A DNA stretch of 64,000 nt from Perkinsus olseni (Eukaryota). The stretch spans positions 1 through 64,000 of the forward strand of contig JABANN010000070.1 of NCBI GenBank assembly GCA_013115125.1. Reading direction: 5' to 3'. Shown here piece by piece: positions 8,866-21,473 of this stretch (positions are counted from its first letter, which is position 1; each line of letters starts with the position of its first letter). The position numbers and the translations under genes are program-made. The notes under the pieces were generated by a model. That model was given only the letters and a program-made list of their open reading frames with translations. It was not told where the DNA came from and ran no database searches.

Positions 8866-11629
8866 TCATTGTTTCTTCGTGCCTTTTTTGGCCAGAATAG
8901 AGTTCCTCTTTCCCGGAGCAACGTAGGCAATGTTTCGAGGAGGATGTGATCCGAACAGTTTAGCAATGGCCTGAAGCATCGGGCCTAGGCAGATCGTAAG
9001 AGTCCTCTTACCTCCGCGTGCTCTTCTGCAGCCATGTCAGCCACTTCCTCAACTTCCTTCCTAGACGGTGCAGAGCGGAACATGAGCTGTTTTCCACACT
9101 TTTTGAAGATCTGAGAGGCTACTCCCCTACCGCTGATGCAACAGCATACTACCGGGGCTTGACTGCGGAGCAGAGAATTTCTCAATCGCTCCTCGTTTTT
9201 CTCATTCTGAGCCTGGATCTTTTCCTCCCTAACTCTGTCTCGCCTCTCTCGCTCTTTCTCGCGCTCCATTCTTGCAACAACCTCTGCCAAACTGCCTCCA
9301 GTGGCCTCCGCATCTGAGCTCTCGAACATATTCGGGTGAGCGCGGCGTGCGTGCGGCCACGAACGCGACCCACCTGTGAGTATCTCTAGCCATTCTTCGA
9401 GCTTGGCTTCAGCGCTGCTGAGCATCATCAGGGGCTCTGCATCACGATCTGTGTCGTAGCCACATGTTGCGAACATGCTGGCCATTGCGTCAGCCAATTC
9501 CTGAATGAAGCCGCTCTTCAACGACTGATCTCAGCCTGGATACCTTCAAAAGGCCCTTGATGCCACCACTGTCGCTTCTGCTTGTCACTCGAGCTTCAAG
9601 TTTATCGCAGTCCCGCTGTTTAGTGCCAATCCGCCCCGCAATTTCCCTGAGCTACATTATTCCGTGTGAGCGGCTAGAAGGACCAGCTGACCAGTTCTCT
9701 CTCTCTAGCTGCCTCGCCTTGACTCCCAGTGTACCATGAGTTTCTTGTAGCCGCATCTCCATGTCCTCCAGTTGTTGTTGAGTTTCCTGTTCCACGTGCA
9801 GTGACCATTGACGAAATGAGCACCTACTTGACCGTTCTGGATGAGGAAAAGGTTCTGCTCTTCCAGTGTGGAGAAGAGATCCAGCAATTGCTTCGGCTTC
9901 TTGAAGTACCTCGATAGCGGCTTCACTGGAGCGTGGTCACCCGAAAGCCCCAACCAACATTGGTAAATCTTCATCACTCGACTCGGCGACTTCTCGATCA
10001 TAGTAAGTTGCAATTTGCTCCTCGTCTGGGTGCTGAGCCCGGTGACGCCTCCGCCGTATCTTGGCAACGACCATTATAGATAGTGGTTCAGAGTAGTACT
10101 GCCAACCTCCATCTCCTTCTCTTTCATCGCTATGATATCCTCTTCTGTAAGGTCGTTTCGTCTACTGCCACGATGTCTGTTCAAGGGAATGGCATTGGGG
10201 AGTGATACGGCTATAATGTACTATCGAAGCTTCCACTCATAATACCTGCGCCCCTTCGATTTGCTTTTCTCCTCAATTTCTCTATCAACCTGAGACAGGT
10301 CTCCTCCATGTGCGTATTTGTCGTATGATCATCATAACATACTGGGCGGAGTGGTAAACAATTCAGCAACCATTGAAAGAGATGGAATGCCAAGAGAGTA
10401 CTTCTTGCTCCTCCTCTGCGAGAGCTTCTTCAACGGACTGATCGATTTCACCGCGGCGCTTCTGGATGTAAGCCTGAATCGATGACCACCGTTATTTTGG
10501 CGATCATAGCTTCGAGGGCCCCGGCTATCGCTATGTCACGCACGGTCGCCTCAAATAACAAGCAACCATCCAAATCCATGGCCATGTCATCGATACCTTC
10601 CTTCTTTGGCGTTTCCTCAATCGCTTGGCCTCCTCCTGTTGTGCAGTCCATTCGGCTGGGGTTAGTTTCTCTAGAAAAGTCTTGTACCTGCTAATAATCT
10701 CCTCGAAACCCAGCGCGACCCCCCGACAGTCGCCCACTTGAGACAGTCCTCCATCTGTTCCTGTAGTTTGGTTATTTCACTCTGGATGACTAAAAGCTGA
10801 CCAACAGCCATTCCGATCACTCATGAGCTCTCGAATGTGCACGTCCCCACTTGAGCCTTCAACTGCTTCAACTTCACCGTTCTCTCCTGTTTCTTCTTGC
10901 TCAAATTATCTGCCGTTTTCATCGCTTTATGGGCCAAAGCATCGTTGGCCTGCAGGAACTTGTCGAACCTGCGATTGTGCCACTCATGTCAGACTCCACA
11001 GGCTTTCGTCCGACCTCGCTATATCCTCCTCTAACACCTGCTTGCTCTTCTCGAGAGCCTCACCCTTCATTTTCGCTTTCTCCTCGAGTTTTCGAATTTC
11101 GTTTCGTTTCACGTCCAGAGACATCTGGACCTGCACAGCCACCTCCGCATGTCGCCGGCATATGAACGGAGATGATCCCACCAAAAACATATCTCGCTTC
11201 TTGGACAGGAAATCAGATACGTTCTCGCGTTCCCTCCTCGGAGGCTCGCCTGACGAAATGCGTACACACGATACGTCGAGCGAATACTACTATCAGCCCT
11301 GTTTGCTTCTATTCGACGTCGTATGCTATTAGCTCGGGCCAACTCGGACATGATAGGCTTCTCCACTCTACCCATTCGGGATGAAGCTGTAGTCTTCTGC
11401 CATACCTTCACAGTCGAGCACAGCCGTGAGCATTCTGTCCATCGGGTATGATTCTGACCTTCATTCGCTTGGTTTTCTCTCGCTCTCGTTGCCTAACCCG
11501 CCGCTCGTGGTCCCGCATGAGGAAAATCTCATCATCTGGAGGGATGAGGAAGGGATTCGCTGGGTCTGGCAGCGCGGGGTCGACATCAAGACCCGGGAAG
11601 ATATCGTCGGATGCTGGTTGCGAGGTCAT
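8866..11629 (-). CDS. CFAP100: Cilia/flagella coiled-coil protein, CFAP100 (CCDC37/38)-like; multi-exon
   Basis: NPFLIPPDDEIFLMRD, KVWQKTT, EMFL-VQMSLDVKRNEIRKLEE, YFKKPKQLLDLFSTLEEQNLFLIQN match the family pattern. Confidence 0.75.
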
Positions 11630-11985
11630 CGAGAGACAAGAAGCAACGATAATCTGTTATGCACGGAGAGTCGCGCCAGGCCCAGCATGAATAGACGAGA
11701 TAGAACTAATTGACGAAAGCGACGCCGTATGGGTGAAAATAAGAACGAAACTAGCTTATAACAACATCTGCAGTTGCCATACTGATATCAGTGGCAAAAA
11801 ACGAACAAATACAGTCTGCGTAGGGTGTGCTAGCCCCTACGCCGTGAAGGAAGAGGCTGGCTCCTTCAAGATCGAGGCCGCCAACCCGTTCAACCACTGT
11901 ACAAAATCCGAAATCAATACTAATTCTACAGCCGACTTGCACACCCTGGTCACTGCACTGCCCGCTCTCATTGCACTAGGTAGCT

Positions 11986-13978
11986 TCATCGAAGCATCTT
12001 TTCTTGTGCCCCTGACGGATCGACCTTAGGCTTGAGCAGGTCGAGGGAGGTCGAAGAGACTGGAGTCACGATGATGATCGGATCTCCCACATTCCGTGGG
12101 TACTGTAATGCCATGCTACTGGGCTCACCGCTAGGCCGCTGAATCGGGCTGGAGACGCTGAGAGCGCTGACATTCAACGCTGGTGCCGTGAGACGACGTC
12201 GGGGCGGAGGAAGAGGCGATGGGTCATCAGCTTCAGAGGAGGCCGCTCGCAACCGGTAGCTTGTCTCGTCATCACTCCCTTGCAGCCTCGCCAAGTTGCT
12301 CTCTGTGGTGGCATCATCGTCTTCAGGGAAGCCTGAGAGCCACGGATGCTCGAGTGCGTCTCGAGCAGTCAGCCTGAAATCACGGAAGTAATGTCAGCGA
12401 CCGCCAGAGGCAGGTCATGTACCTGCTGCCCGGGTAGAGTGAAAGCAGTCGATTGCGAAGGTCTCTGGCCTCTTTCGATACTGTACTGCCGAGGCCTTCG
12501 AGATCCATCGTACTGATCCGCTTCATTATTGACTTGTTGTCAGAGGCTGCCGCTGGAGGCACCGAGGGGCGTAGGAGCAGATGGAGAACAACACCAGCAG
12601 CCCACATATCAGAAGCATAGGAATACCTGAGCGGAAGAGAGACGCATGATAGCTGCCCTGACCGTACTCCAGTGAGGCGTCGTTGACGGACAATGCAGTT
12701 GCCTGCATGTTTCTGGTTATAGATTCCTCGGCGCCCGACAAGTACCTCCCCTTCCTGATGCACTCCGGTGCTAGATAATGTACTGAGCCGACAATCTGTT
12801 TATCCACAACCCCGTGTTTCCCTCTGGACCTCAAGGCGAGGCCGAAGTCTATCAATCGGGCCACCTCTTCACCATCGTCATCCTCGTCAATGACGATGTT
12901 TTCCAGCTTGACGTCACGATGTATGACACCACAAGTGTGGCACCTGAGGCGATGTGTGAAGGCACAGCTCACAAGGAGAATTGAATTATCTCCTACTGTT
13001 CCAAAGCCCGGAATAGATCCCGGACGAACTTCTTAGCGTCACTCTCTTCCATAGGGGTAGCCTTTACTCTCTCCGAAGCCATCGGAGAGGTGTTAGAGTT
13101 CGAGGACGATAATAGTCGCAAGGCTAAGCTCAAGGGTGACTTGGAGCTGCTCCTGCTCCTGCTGCTAGGGGTTACTGTAGGGGATACTGGACGAGCGTCT
13201 CTGACTAACATGCAGGTCCTCTCGCACGCATACACAACGAATCGATCTCTGTCCTACTCGAAGGAGGTATTGAGCCATCCAGACCACCAGAGGGCGGTAG
13301 GAGCGTATTCCCAAAACTAGACGACCTCCTAGCTGGATGGAACGCTGGGGAGGTATGGCGGTGCTCCAACGGGGTTGTTACCTTAGGGAATTCGTCCAGT
13401 CCCATAGTAATGACGCAAGACCTACCTGCAGGACTCTCGACAACAACGTCCCCGCCTCACAATAGTCCATCACTAATCTCACAGTCGCGTTCTCGAGATA
13501 AACCGCCTTGACTGAGCATATATTGGGATGTGGGCCAACCCTCCTGAGCATCCTAACTTCAGTACGCCACTCTGCCCGACTCTTGTCCATAGTTTTCACC
13601 GCAACCTGATAATGCAGTTCGACGACCCAACAAGCGCCCGTCCACTTCTACCAATGAGCCGTCCTTGAGGCACTTCCAAAGCTCTACAGTGGAACAACCT
13701 CCACCTCTGCCTAGTATGGGCTGTTCCGTGCACTTCTGATAATGGACGTGGATGCTACACCCACTGACGGTAACGTCGCCATCTAGACTCAGCTGGCCGG
13801 AACTCCGATTCGAGGTCGTATCCAAATTCTCAGATACATAGCAGTCCGACGGGCCGTCTCGTGAGGGAGATTGCGTCCTCGATGAGCCATCAGCCTGACT
13901 CGAATGCTCCAGCCTTGACTCTGGTCGCCCCTTTCGATTAAGGCAGAGACCACCCAAGCAGCTCCCCGGCATCCGCAT
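11986..13978 (-). CDS. Ser/Thr protein kinase (CAMK-like); multi-exon
   Basis: LGRGG, HPNI, LVMDYC, IHRDVKLEN, LIDFGLA, GSVHYLAPE, DMWAAG. Confidence 0.9.
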
Positions 13979-14150
13979 TGGTGAAGCCAACGAACTATGC
14001 GAGCTTGTCCACTACCCCAGCGATTGGATTGAATTTATACCAACTCGACAGATCAGACAAAACTATATGAATGCTCATAACAACAATAACTCTTATTAGG
14101 GACTTGACCCGTGCGAACACTCTCAGTGGGTCGGCACTCAACTGCCGCCT

Positions 14151-14235
14151 TCGAGGACATCGACGGACTCATCAGGCTCGACGGATTGTAGAATTTGCCG
14201 TAGCACCTTCATTCGTTAATTGCCGACCACCTCGA
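14151..14235 (-). promoter_or_regulatory. SECIS element in the 3' UTR of the GPx-Grx gene
   Basis: AUGA (14212-14209), 12 nt, AAA apical motif, AUU/AAU mini-stem, helix GGUGCUACGG/CCGUCGAGCC, closing UGAU (14174-14171), plus a long lower helix. Confidence 0.88.
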
Positions 14236-14258
14236 GGTCATACGGTACAAGTTTCCAC

Positions 14259-15511
14259 TTAGAGTTCCTGGTGCATCATATCTTTGATTTCACCATCAGA
14301 AATAAGCTCTTGGAGGTCACTGTTGCCGCCAATGAACTTGCCCTTGATGAACACTTGAGGGAAGGTCTTCTGACCGGTCACAGTCTTCACTGCTTCCTTG
14401 ACAGCGGCGCCATTCTCCATCGTGTCAACTTCAACGATCTCCAAAGAACTAGTCAACTGACAAAACGAAGCTAGATTCAGAATCATACGTCCGCACAACG
14501 AACCCTACCTTCTTGAGACTAGCAATAGAAGCCTTGCAGTGAGGACAATACGACAAAGTGAAGTCCACGGCGGTGCTTGGGCCATTGATCTTATCCTCAA
14601 CAAACTTCTTAGCCTGACAAGACAGATGGGCCAGCGCAAGTATTTAGAGCCGCGATTACCTCTTCCGGTGACATAGTAGACTTCTTCTCCTCTGCATCCT
14701 CCTCAGTTGCGAACTTCTTACCCTCAAGCCTGCCCTCTATGCAGGCCTCAATGTCGTCCGCAATGGACGACTCCTTTGGACTCCAGAAGCAGACCACTTC
14801 GCCACTGAGATAACAATCGATCAATGCAGAACACAAAACGTGTGAAGGTCGCTGACGTACTTCTTGTCCACTAAGAACTTGCCGAAGTTCCATGGAATTG
14901 GCTTGGACGTCCCTGACTTGGGATCGTAAAGTCCAGAGTGATACTTCAGGAATCTGAAAGAGCAACAATTACTCACATAAGTCATGCCGATGGGAGACGT
15001 ACTCAAAGACGGGCGACGCCTTGTCACCGTTAACATCACATGGTTCGGCCAATAAGAAGACCTTGTCCTTAACACCAGGGTAAGGCTTAAGGATGTCTGT
15101 GACGAAGTCATCGATATCCTGGCTCGTCTTCATCTCCTGGTTGAGGAATTGTCTACGTAGAAAGAGGACATAAGACCCTATCAATAGTTAATGAGACAAC
15201 TTACCGGCTGGGGAAACCGACGATTTTGAAACCCCTGTCCCCGAATTTTTGGCCCAGCTCCCCGAAGAGCTTGTATTGGGCCTGCGTTAAGCCTCATTTG
15301 GATGCGACATTCGCCACAAGCACGACATCACCTACCGAAGGTAATGATAACCATGACACAGGTCCATGCAAAAGCATATAAGCTTACCACGAAACTCCTC
15401 GAAGTTCAGAACCTTGCCGTTGATAAGCGGGGCTGAGAGCTTGTAGAAGTTGTCGACAGTGACGCGGGGCTTGGTGGCACCAAAGCCGAGCGCACTCTGC
15501 ATTCCTCCCAT
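14259..15511 (-). CDS. Selenocysteine glutathione peroxidase fused to a C-terminal dithiol glutaredoxin; multi-exon
   Basis: MGGMQS...VLVANVASK-TGA-GLTQAQY...GFPSRQFLNQE...PWNFGKFLVD, linker, then YCPHC...TFPQVFIKGKFIGG. In-frame TGA at 15296-15294; exons join in phase through GT-AG introns. Confidence 0.92.
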
Positions 15512-16156
15512 GACTGATTACTTTCTTTTTCCGAGTTGAAAATAAGAATAAACTCTACTGAAATTAATATTAACATCAAAGTCCAGCCACATAGCACATC
15601 AGAAAACTAGTTACAAGGCCAAAAGTGCTACTAGCCCAAGCACAAAATGGGACAGTTGTGTTGGCGGGATGCCGGGAATTGTATCCTGGATGGACTCGCC
15701 TGCGTCTCGACATGCTCCCAGCACTATCTCTATTCAACCTCAGTATAATCCTTGACGATGGTGCTGGTCAGCACTCGAACGTCGCAGTAACTTGCTCGCA
15801 CTCCTCTCCAGCTTAGCACAGTCACCTGGCTGCAATTTTTGCCTAGAGGGCCATGTTATCCATGCTGTGTCGAATACCCACACTAGTGGACGTCTTCGCA
15901 GGGCACGAAGCATGCCCAGCTTCATATCCGCACTCTAATAGTAAAAAGACGAGAAAGGTGATGCCAAAAAGGAGACAACACGGCCGAGTAACGTGTGAAA
16001 TCTCCATGATCGCCGCTAGTGTTGCTACAAGGAGGGGGAATGATTCCGGGAATGCCCAACAGTAATAGCTCAGAGTAATCCTATTTCTGTGGTACATGAG
16101 TACCATGACCATCACCAAGGCACGCGTTAGGAGTGAACTGAGCTCGTAAGCGCTCC

Positions 16157-16517
16157 TTTGGACAACATCACCTTCCTGTCCATTCTACAAACGCCGACAC
16201 GTGTCCAAATCTAGCCCTAGGGGTGATCTTTCGACAACAATATACGAAAAGCGCGCGCCGCTCAATGTCTTCTTTGAACAACTGTTGGCGAAAGCCTCGC
16301 TTAGGGAGAGTATTGGACAGGTTTTTTGGACACTTTCCGCGTGTCGACTTGTCCAAAGGGCCTCCTCCGCGTCAATTGGACAGAAAACCGAAAAAAGATG
16401 CCCGGTGACGTTTGGACAAGCATCGGGACCCAATATTGCAATAATCTTGTCCAAAAGCCTACTTTGGCGATTCTCGACAAGTTGTCGACGACAACTACCT
16501 GCCAAGTTGTCCAAAAA
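16157..16517. repeat. Array of TTGGACA/TGTCCAA motifs, MITE/subterminal-repeat-like
   Basis: Nine exact copies in both orientations within ~360 bp plus variants; bounded by TTTGGACAAC / GTTGTCCAAA. Confidence 0.65.
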
Positions 16518-16810
16518 CCCTTGTTGTTCGTCGTCAGCTGCCTTACCAAAAGCGTCGGTTTCTCGCATCACTTCTTTTTGACCGATAGTCTCTGATACTT
16601 CATTTGGCCCGTCGAAGCAGCGTCAACGAGGTTCTTACACCTTGGCCCTATAACTTAGGAGTCCTTCCTTGAGGCGTACCTTAAAGGAAGGAGTCCTTAA
16701 CGATCCTTCCTTAAGGGGCAACTCCTTATAACTTTTCAATTTTAAGGATCGTAAGGAATTCCTTCCTTTAAGGTACACCCCAAGGAGCAGATCTATATCA
16801 TTTTTCTAAG

Positions 16811-16878
16811 GAAAAGTGCAAAGTCTCCTTAGAAAAGTGCAAAGTCTCCTTAGAAAAGTGCAAAGTCTCCTTAGAAAA
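16811..16878 (+). repeat. Tandem repeat, 3 x 21 bp (GAAAAGTGCAAAGTCTCCTTA)
   Basis: Three exact head-to-tail copies plus a partial fourth. Confidence 0.97.
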
Positions 16879-16917
16879 ATGTCAAGGGCGAGCGAGATTT
16901 CTTCCTTAGGAAAATAA

Positions 16918-17035
16918 CCGCGTGTTCAATAGATCTCTCCTGAGTTTCAAGAACGCTCCCAGGATCGTATTTTACACGTTAAATTCAATCCTGGGAGCGC
17001 TCCTGAAACTCAGGAGAGGTCTATTGAACACCCCC
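16918..17035. mobile_element. PIF/Harbinger (Tourist-like) MITE
   Basis: ~44-bp inverted arms; right end reads GGGGGTGTTC inward; TAA on both sides (16915-16917, 17036-17038). Confidence 0.65.
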
Positions 17036-17215
17036 TAACATTCTCCTTAGGAAAATGATTTTAATCATCGGCTGGGCTGATTGGCCGTTGAGGAATTGCA
17101 AGGAGTCCTAAGTTTTGCAAGATTCACCGGCAAGCCGCAGCATCAAAATTCTAGCACAGGACTGTTTGAATATTATCACCGTCGAGGCCTACTAGACCGC
17201 TTCTCTGTTCAGTTC

Positions 17216-20200
17216 ATGCACCAAATGCCTACCGTTAAACTGAGAGTCTCGATAAAAACTATCACCACTGGGGACTTCATCTCGCTCCATCCTGATGACA
17301 GTCAAATGCTCTTCCTGGGAGTGCCTCCGAGCGACCATTTCTGTCGGGTCCTTCGAACTAGCACTCCTGGCCAGTACGTAGGCTGGGCCGGCCACTCAGC
17401 TTCGAGTAAAGGTACTGTGGAGGTGTCGAGGCCCTTCGCGTCTGCCTTAGGATGGACAGAAGGGCAGCCCGTTGAGCTCACTCCTGTCCCTGTGGAGAGC
17501 ATACCCCGCAACGCGGACCCCATTGTGATACGACCATCCAGCAGCGATGATTGGGAAGTAGTAGAGTTGCAGGCAGAATACCTTGAGTCGGCCTTATTGT
17601 CTCAAATAGCGGTGCTCTTTCCGGGGCTCAAGTTTCCCTTATGGCCGGAAGGTGGCGGGAAACCTATTTTGATGGAGGCTGTCTGGGACGGTGTCGATGA
17701 TAAGCAGGAAACGGTGAAGCCCAAGGTACCGTTCAGGTTGCTTCGTGAGTCTGACGAGTTGGCGATAGAAGCTAAGCCAAGGCAGCTGCTACTGCCCGAC
17801 GCCCGGAGTGAGGTCAAACGGCTGTGTCGGGTAGTCTGTGACGACGAGGTCTTCCCTGCTGAACTTTACGACAAATATGGAGTTACTTGTATCCTTCATA
17901 GTAGTGCTGGAGTCACCACTGGTATGGTTAGACTAGGGGATAAGATAGTAGCAGCTTCGATGGTCGACAACGATCTGGTCGATCCAGGGTACGTCCTGTT
18001 GCATCCCCTTCTAGCAGCCCATTATCCTGATGTGATCAGCGAGGCCGGGCCGGTACTGGTAAAGGCTTGCACGGATGAGCCCATCCTGCCCTCAGAAATT
18101 ATTCTTGTCACTGCTAAGTATTTGGGTGACGTTGGTCGGGAGTTTTCCGAGACTGCGCGCCGGCTCAAATGCCTGGTGATCCAAAATGACGGCTGGGTAC
18201 GACTTAGACGTCCCTCCGGGATGATTAACGGCAACGAGATGCGCCGAGAGGAGCCTTCCCAACCCCGGCCCGCTTGTCTTACAGTTTCACTGGATTGTGA
18301 CACAGCAGAGATCCAGTATGCTGATGAAGAGGGCCGGTCTGGGAAACCCGTCCCCAATACCGCACCTCCGCCGGATTGGGTTGACGTTAGGGTCACCTTT
18401 CCAGAGCAGTCATCTTCCGACGTCTGCGTGGTGCTACCGGAGATGCTGCCTAACGACACCGGGATCGTCGGACTCAATGGGACGACCGTGGGCGGTGGAA
18501 TACGCGTTGGTCTCAGCGCGAGGGTCGACGAGTCCATAGCGGTTACTTCGAAGCCTCGGAATCCGATACTCCCCTTCATCCCGTCTGAAGCGGCCGGGGT
18601 TGTACAGACCTACCGACACCGCCAGTTCGAGAAGCCTCCTCCTTCGCTGCACAATTCGGCTGTTGAGGTATCATCGTACATGGCTGCTGGGCTGTCAGGT
18701 AGGGTGCCCTCGTCCTTCCCGGTGCCTGGTGTGGTCGTAACGGGGCCGCCTGGGAGTGGGAAGACTACAGTGGCTCACTGTGCTTTAGAGGCTCTGGGGC
18801 GTACGGTAGTAGAGGTGGACTGCGCGCAGCTAGCCTCGGCTGAGAGGTTCAAGTTCGCAGTGGTCAAGAAGGCTCTCTTGGGTGCACTCAAGTTCGCCTG
18901 TACCTACGACCCACCAAGCGTGTTGTTGCTGGATGGTGTGGACGTTCTGTTGGGGCTGAGGCAGGGCATCAAGCGACAGGGCGGAGCGACGTCAGTATCG
19001 CAGAGTAGGAGCAAGGTGCTTGCCAGCATCTTCTGGGATATCCTACACTTTCATGTCCGCCCTACGCGGTCTCTCATCATCCTGGGCACCGCTGAGACCA
19101 TTGATGGACTGGAAGGCCTCTGCTCCTACGCTGTCGCCCTCCCAGCGACACTTAACGTGAAGGACCGCCTGTCTATACTAGGCACCGATCGGGGCGAGGG
19201 CTACACGCTGAAGGAAGTGTCAGTGCTGGCTAGGACGGGAGTAGATCTTCGCGATAGACGACGGGCTGAGGACGAGGCAGTGAATCGGTCCTCCCTCTAC
19301 AAGTTGGACCATCTGGGTGGCTCGAGTATAAGGCGCGCAACAGAGAGGCTCATGGATGCTATACAGCTGCCGTTGAAGTATCCTGCGCTGTGTGGTGGTG
19401 TACTCGTTCCTAAAGGAGCAATGCTTGTTGGACCACCTGGGTGTGGTAAGACAGCGTTGGCAATGAGTGTCGCTGAGGAGTGTGGGCTACCTGTGGTAGC
19501 GGTCCGTGGCCCGGAGCTATTGTCCAAGTACATTGGGGGTAGCGAGGCTCGAGTCAGAGAGACCTTTGCTAAGGCTCGTGCGAGGGCGCCGTGTGTCCTG
19601 TTCTTTGACGAAGTTGATGCCCTTTGCCCTGTTAGAGGGGCTGACTCGACGGGCGTCACGGATCGGGTGGTTAACCAAATGCTCACTTACCTTGATGGTG
19701 TGGAAGTCTCGGACAGCCCAGTATTTGTGGTAGCGGCAACGAGTCGACCTGATATGGTCGACCCGGCACTGTCGAGACCGGGGAGGCTGGACATCAGTCT
19801 ACTGTGCGATATGCCATCCGGAAGAGATGACCTCGTTGATGTTTTGGAGCATGCTATCGCTGCTTTCGAAGGGCTTCAGGATGTCATTGCTGACGCTCCG
19901 TCAGACTGGGCTACGCAGTTGATAGGACTGCTGTCCGCCGGGATTGGCTTCACGGGGGCTGACGTCAGGGCAGCTCTGGCGACGGCCCAGCTGAGTATAG
20001 ATGAGGAGGGGGAAGAGGGTTGGAGGGCTCTTAAGGATGCATGTAATAGGGTTCATCCGTTGACATATCCATAGTGGCTAGTGTCTACTTGCTCCTCAGT
20101 CGCTAAGAAGAGCCCCTCCGCCCCTCCAGAGGTGTTGAAACGGTACAACAGTCAGTTCGCCGCGTATCGGCGGGATGGCCGTCGTGACGAAGACCCCTAC

Positions 20201-20287
20201 CACCACCATCGAGGCTCGGCTTTTGATGAGGATCTCGTCAATGGAGTAGACCGGACCAAGCCCGGCAGTCGAGTGGCGTTGGCGTAG
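17216..20287 (+). CDS. PEX1: Peroxin 1, AAA+ ATPase
   Basis: DDWEVVELQAEYLE (PEX1-N), two Walker A motifs (GPPGSGKT, GPPGCGKT), FFDEVD, DSTGVTDRVVNQMLTYLDG; C-terminus PGSRVALA after one short intron. Confidence 0.92.
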
Positions 20288-20409
20288 TAGTAGTAGCACC
20301 GAGTGAACCTAATTTAACGTTTCCTTTTTGGCTCTACCGTCTGGTGTTGGGAGTCATGTGATAACCACTAGCTGGGACGGGTCGAGATACTCTCGCAGAG
20401 ACCTGGTTA

Positions 20410-21332
20410 ATGAGCAGTCGCGAGTCCCTAGTGGGAGATGATGCAACACAAAGTGACTATCCGACGGTTGGTAAGGAGCTGTTGATCGCTGGAACCTTTT
20501 CCTGACCTCTTTTTACAGGATCCTTCGCTGGCAGCGATGGCGCAGTGCCAGCCTCCTTTCGTGGAAGCCTTTCACGGTGATCTCAGCGGTGCTAGTAGTG
20601 AGCGTATCTTGGTGTCTGTTAGACACGCCCCGCATCACCACCATCGCCACCATCATCATGATAGAAATAGCAGTATATTCGTCCTTCCCGGAGGTGGAAG
20701 CTTTGGTATTTATGATACCCCGGCGGCGCAGATAGGGCGGCAACTGGGTGAGAATCAGGTGACATGTTCGTTGGGGAGGATGCATTCCATTGACCGGCCC
20801 TAGCGTGGGACGGCCAAGTGTGGACTGATCAGCCTACTGTCTCAGAGTCTGAGCGTTTTAGATAGGAGTGTCTGTGATGCCGCCACAACACTTGAGTAAC
20901 GACATACTAGGCCCGCCTCTGTCGATCAAGCACGCATCGATGATTCCCTCCGCCACCACTGAACCTTTTGTTACGAACGCTGCCGAGGTAGCATCGGTTG
21001 GGAGCTTACCTGGCACAATGAGGGTACGTGAAGTTGTGGTCCAGCTGCTGCAGTTTGTAGTTCTCCAGGGCTTGCTGGACTATCTCAGCCTGGGTAGCTC
21101 TTCCGGCTCGAAGCGGTCGTGTTCCTGGCTGTGGGGAGCACCCGGTGAGGGCGTCTGCTCGGACCTGCCGTATGGGAGAGGAACCGATGGTGAAGGAGCC
21201 GGTCAGACGGTAGGGTTGCTCGGAAGTTGCAGGAGATATTGCGAGGATTGGTGGGAATGGGCCCGGCATCGAGGGTCGGAGCTGGTAGAAGTCATAGAGG
21301 AGGTGGGGGAATTAGTGGAGATGATGGAATGA
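20410..21332 (+). CDS. Hypothetical protein with His-rich tract; multi-exon
   Basis: Exons can be joined through GT-AG introns (MSSRESLV...RHAPHHHHRHHHH...); no family recognised. Confidence 0.4.
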
Positions 21333-21473
21333 GTCATGTTGAGGGGAATCCATCGTCAGTTGCTCGTGTTGCGTTGCAGTGGTTGGCGGGAGTTCGCACA
21401 GTTGACCTGGGGCAAACCATGTCAGGGGGCCCGCCTATCGCGAACTTGACAGGGATCTTGATTTTGGTTGTAA

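Larger units (their letters stand above)
16652..17114. mobile_element. Nested foldback/MITE cluster
   Basis: Inverted repeat pairs 16652-16668/17098-17114, 16666-16708/16744-16786, 16797-16812/17044-17059 and 16922-16965/16988-17031. Confidence 0.75.

Noticed and set aside
15843-16595. Short ORFs between GPx-Grx and the MITE cluster
   Set aside because: Most overlap the motif array; 15843-16118 is hydrophobic but has no supportable gene model or family.
16811-16878. CRISPR-like repeats
   Set aside because: Head-to-tail 21-mers with no spacers, no cas genes, eukaryotic context.
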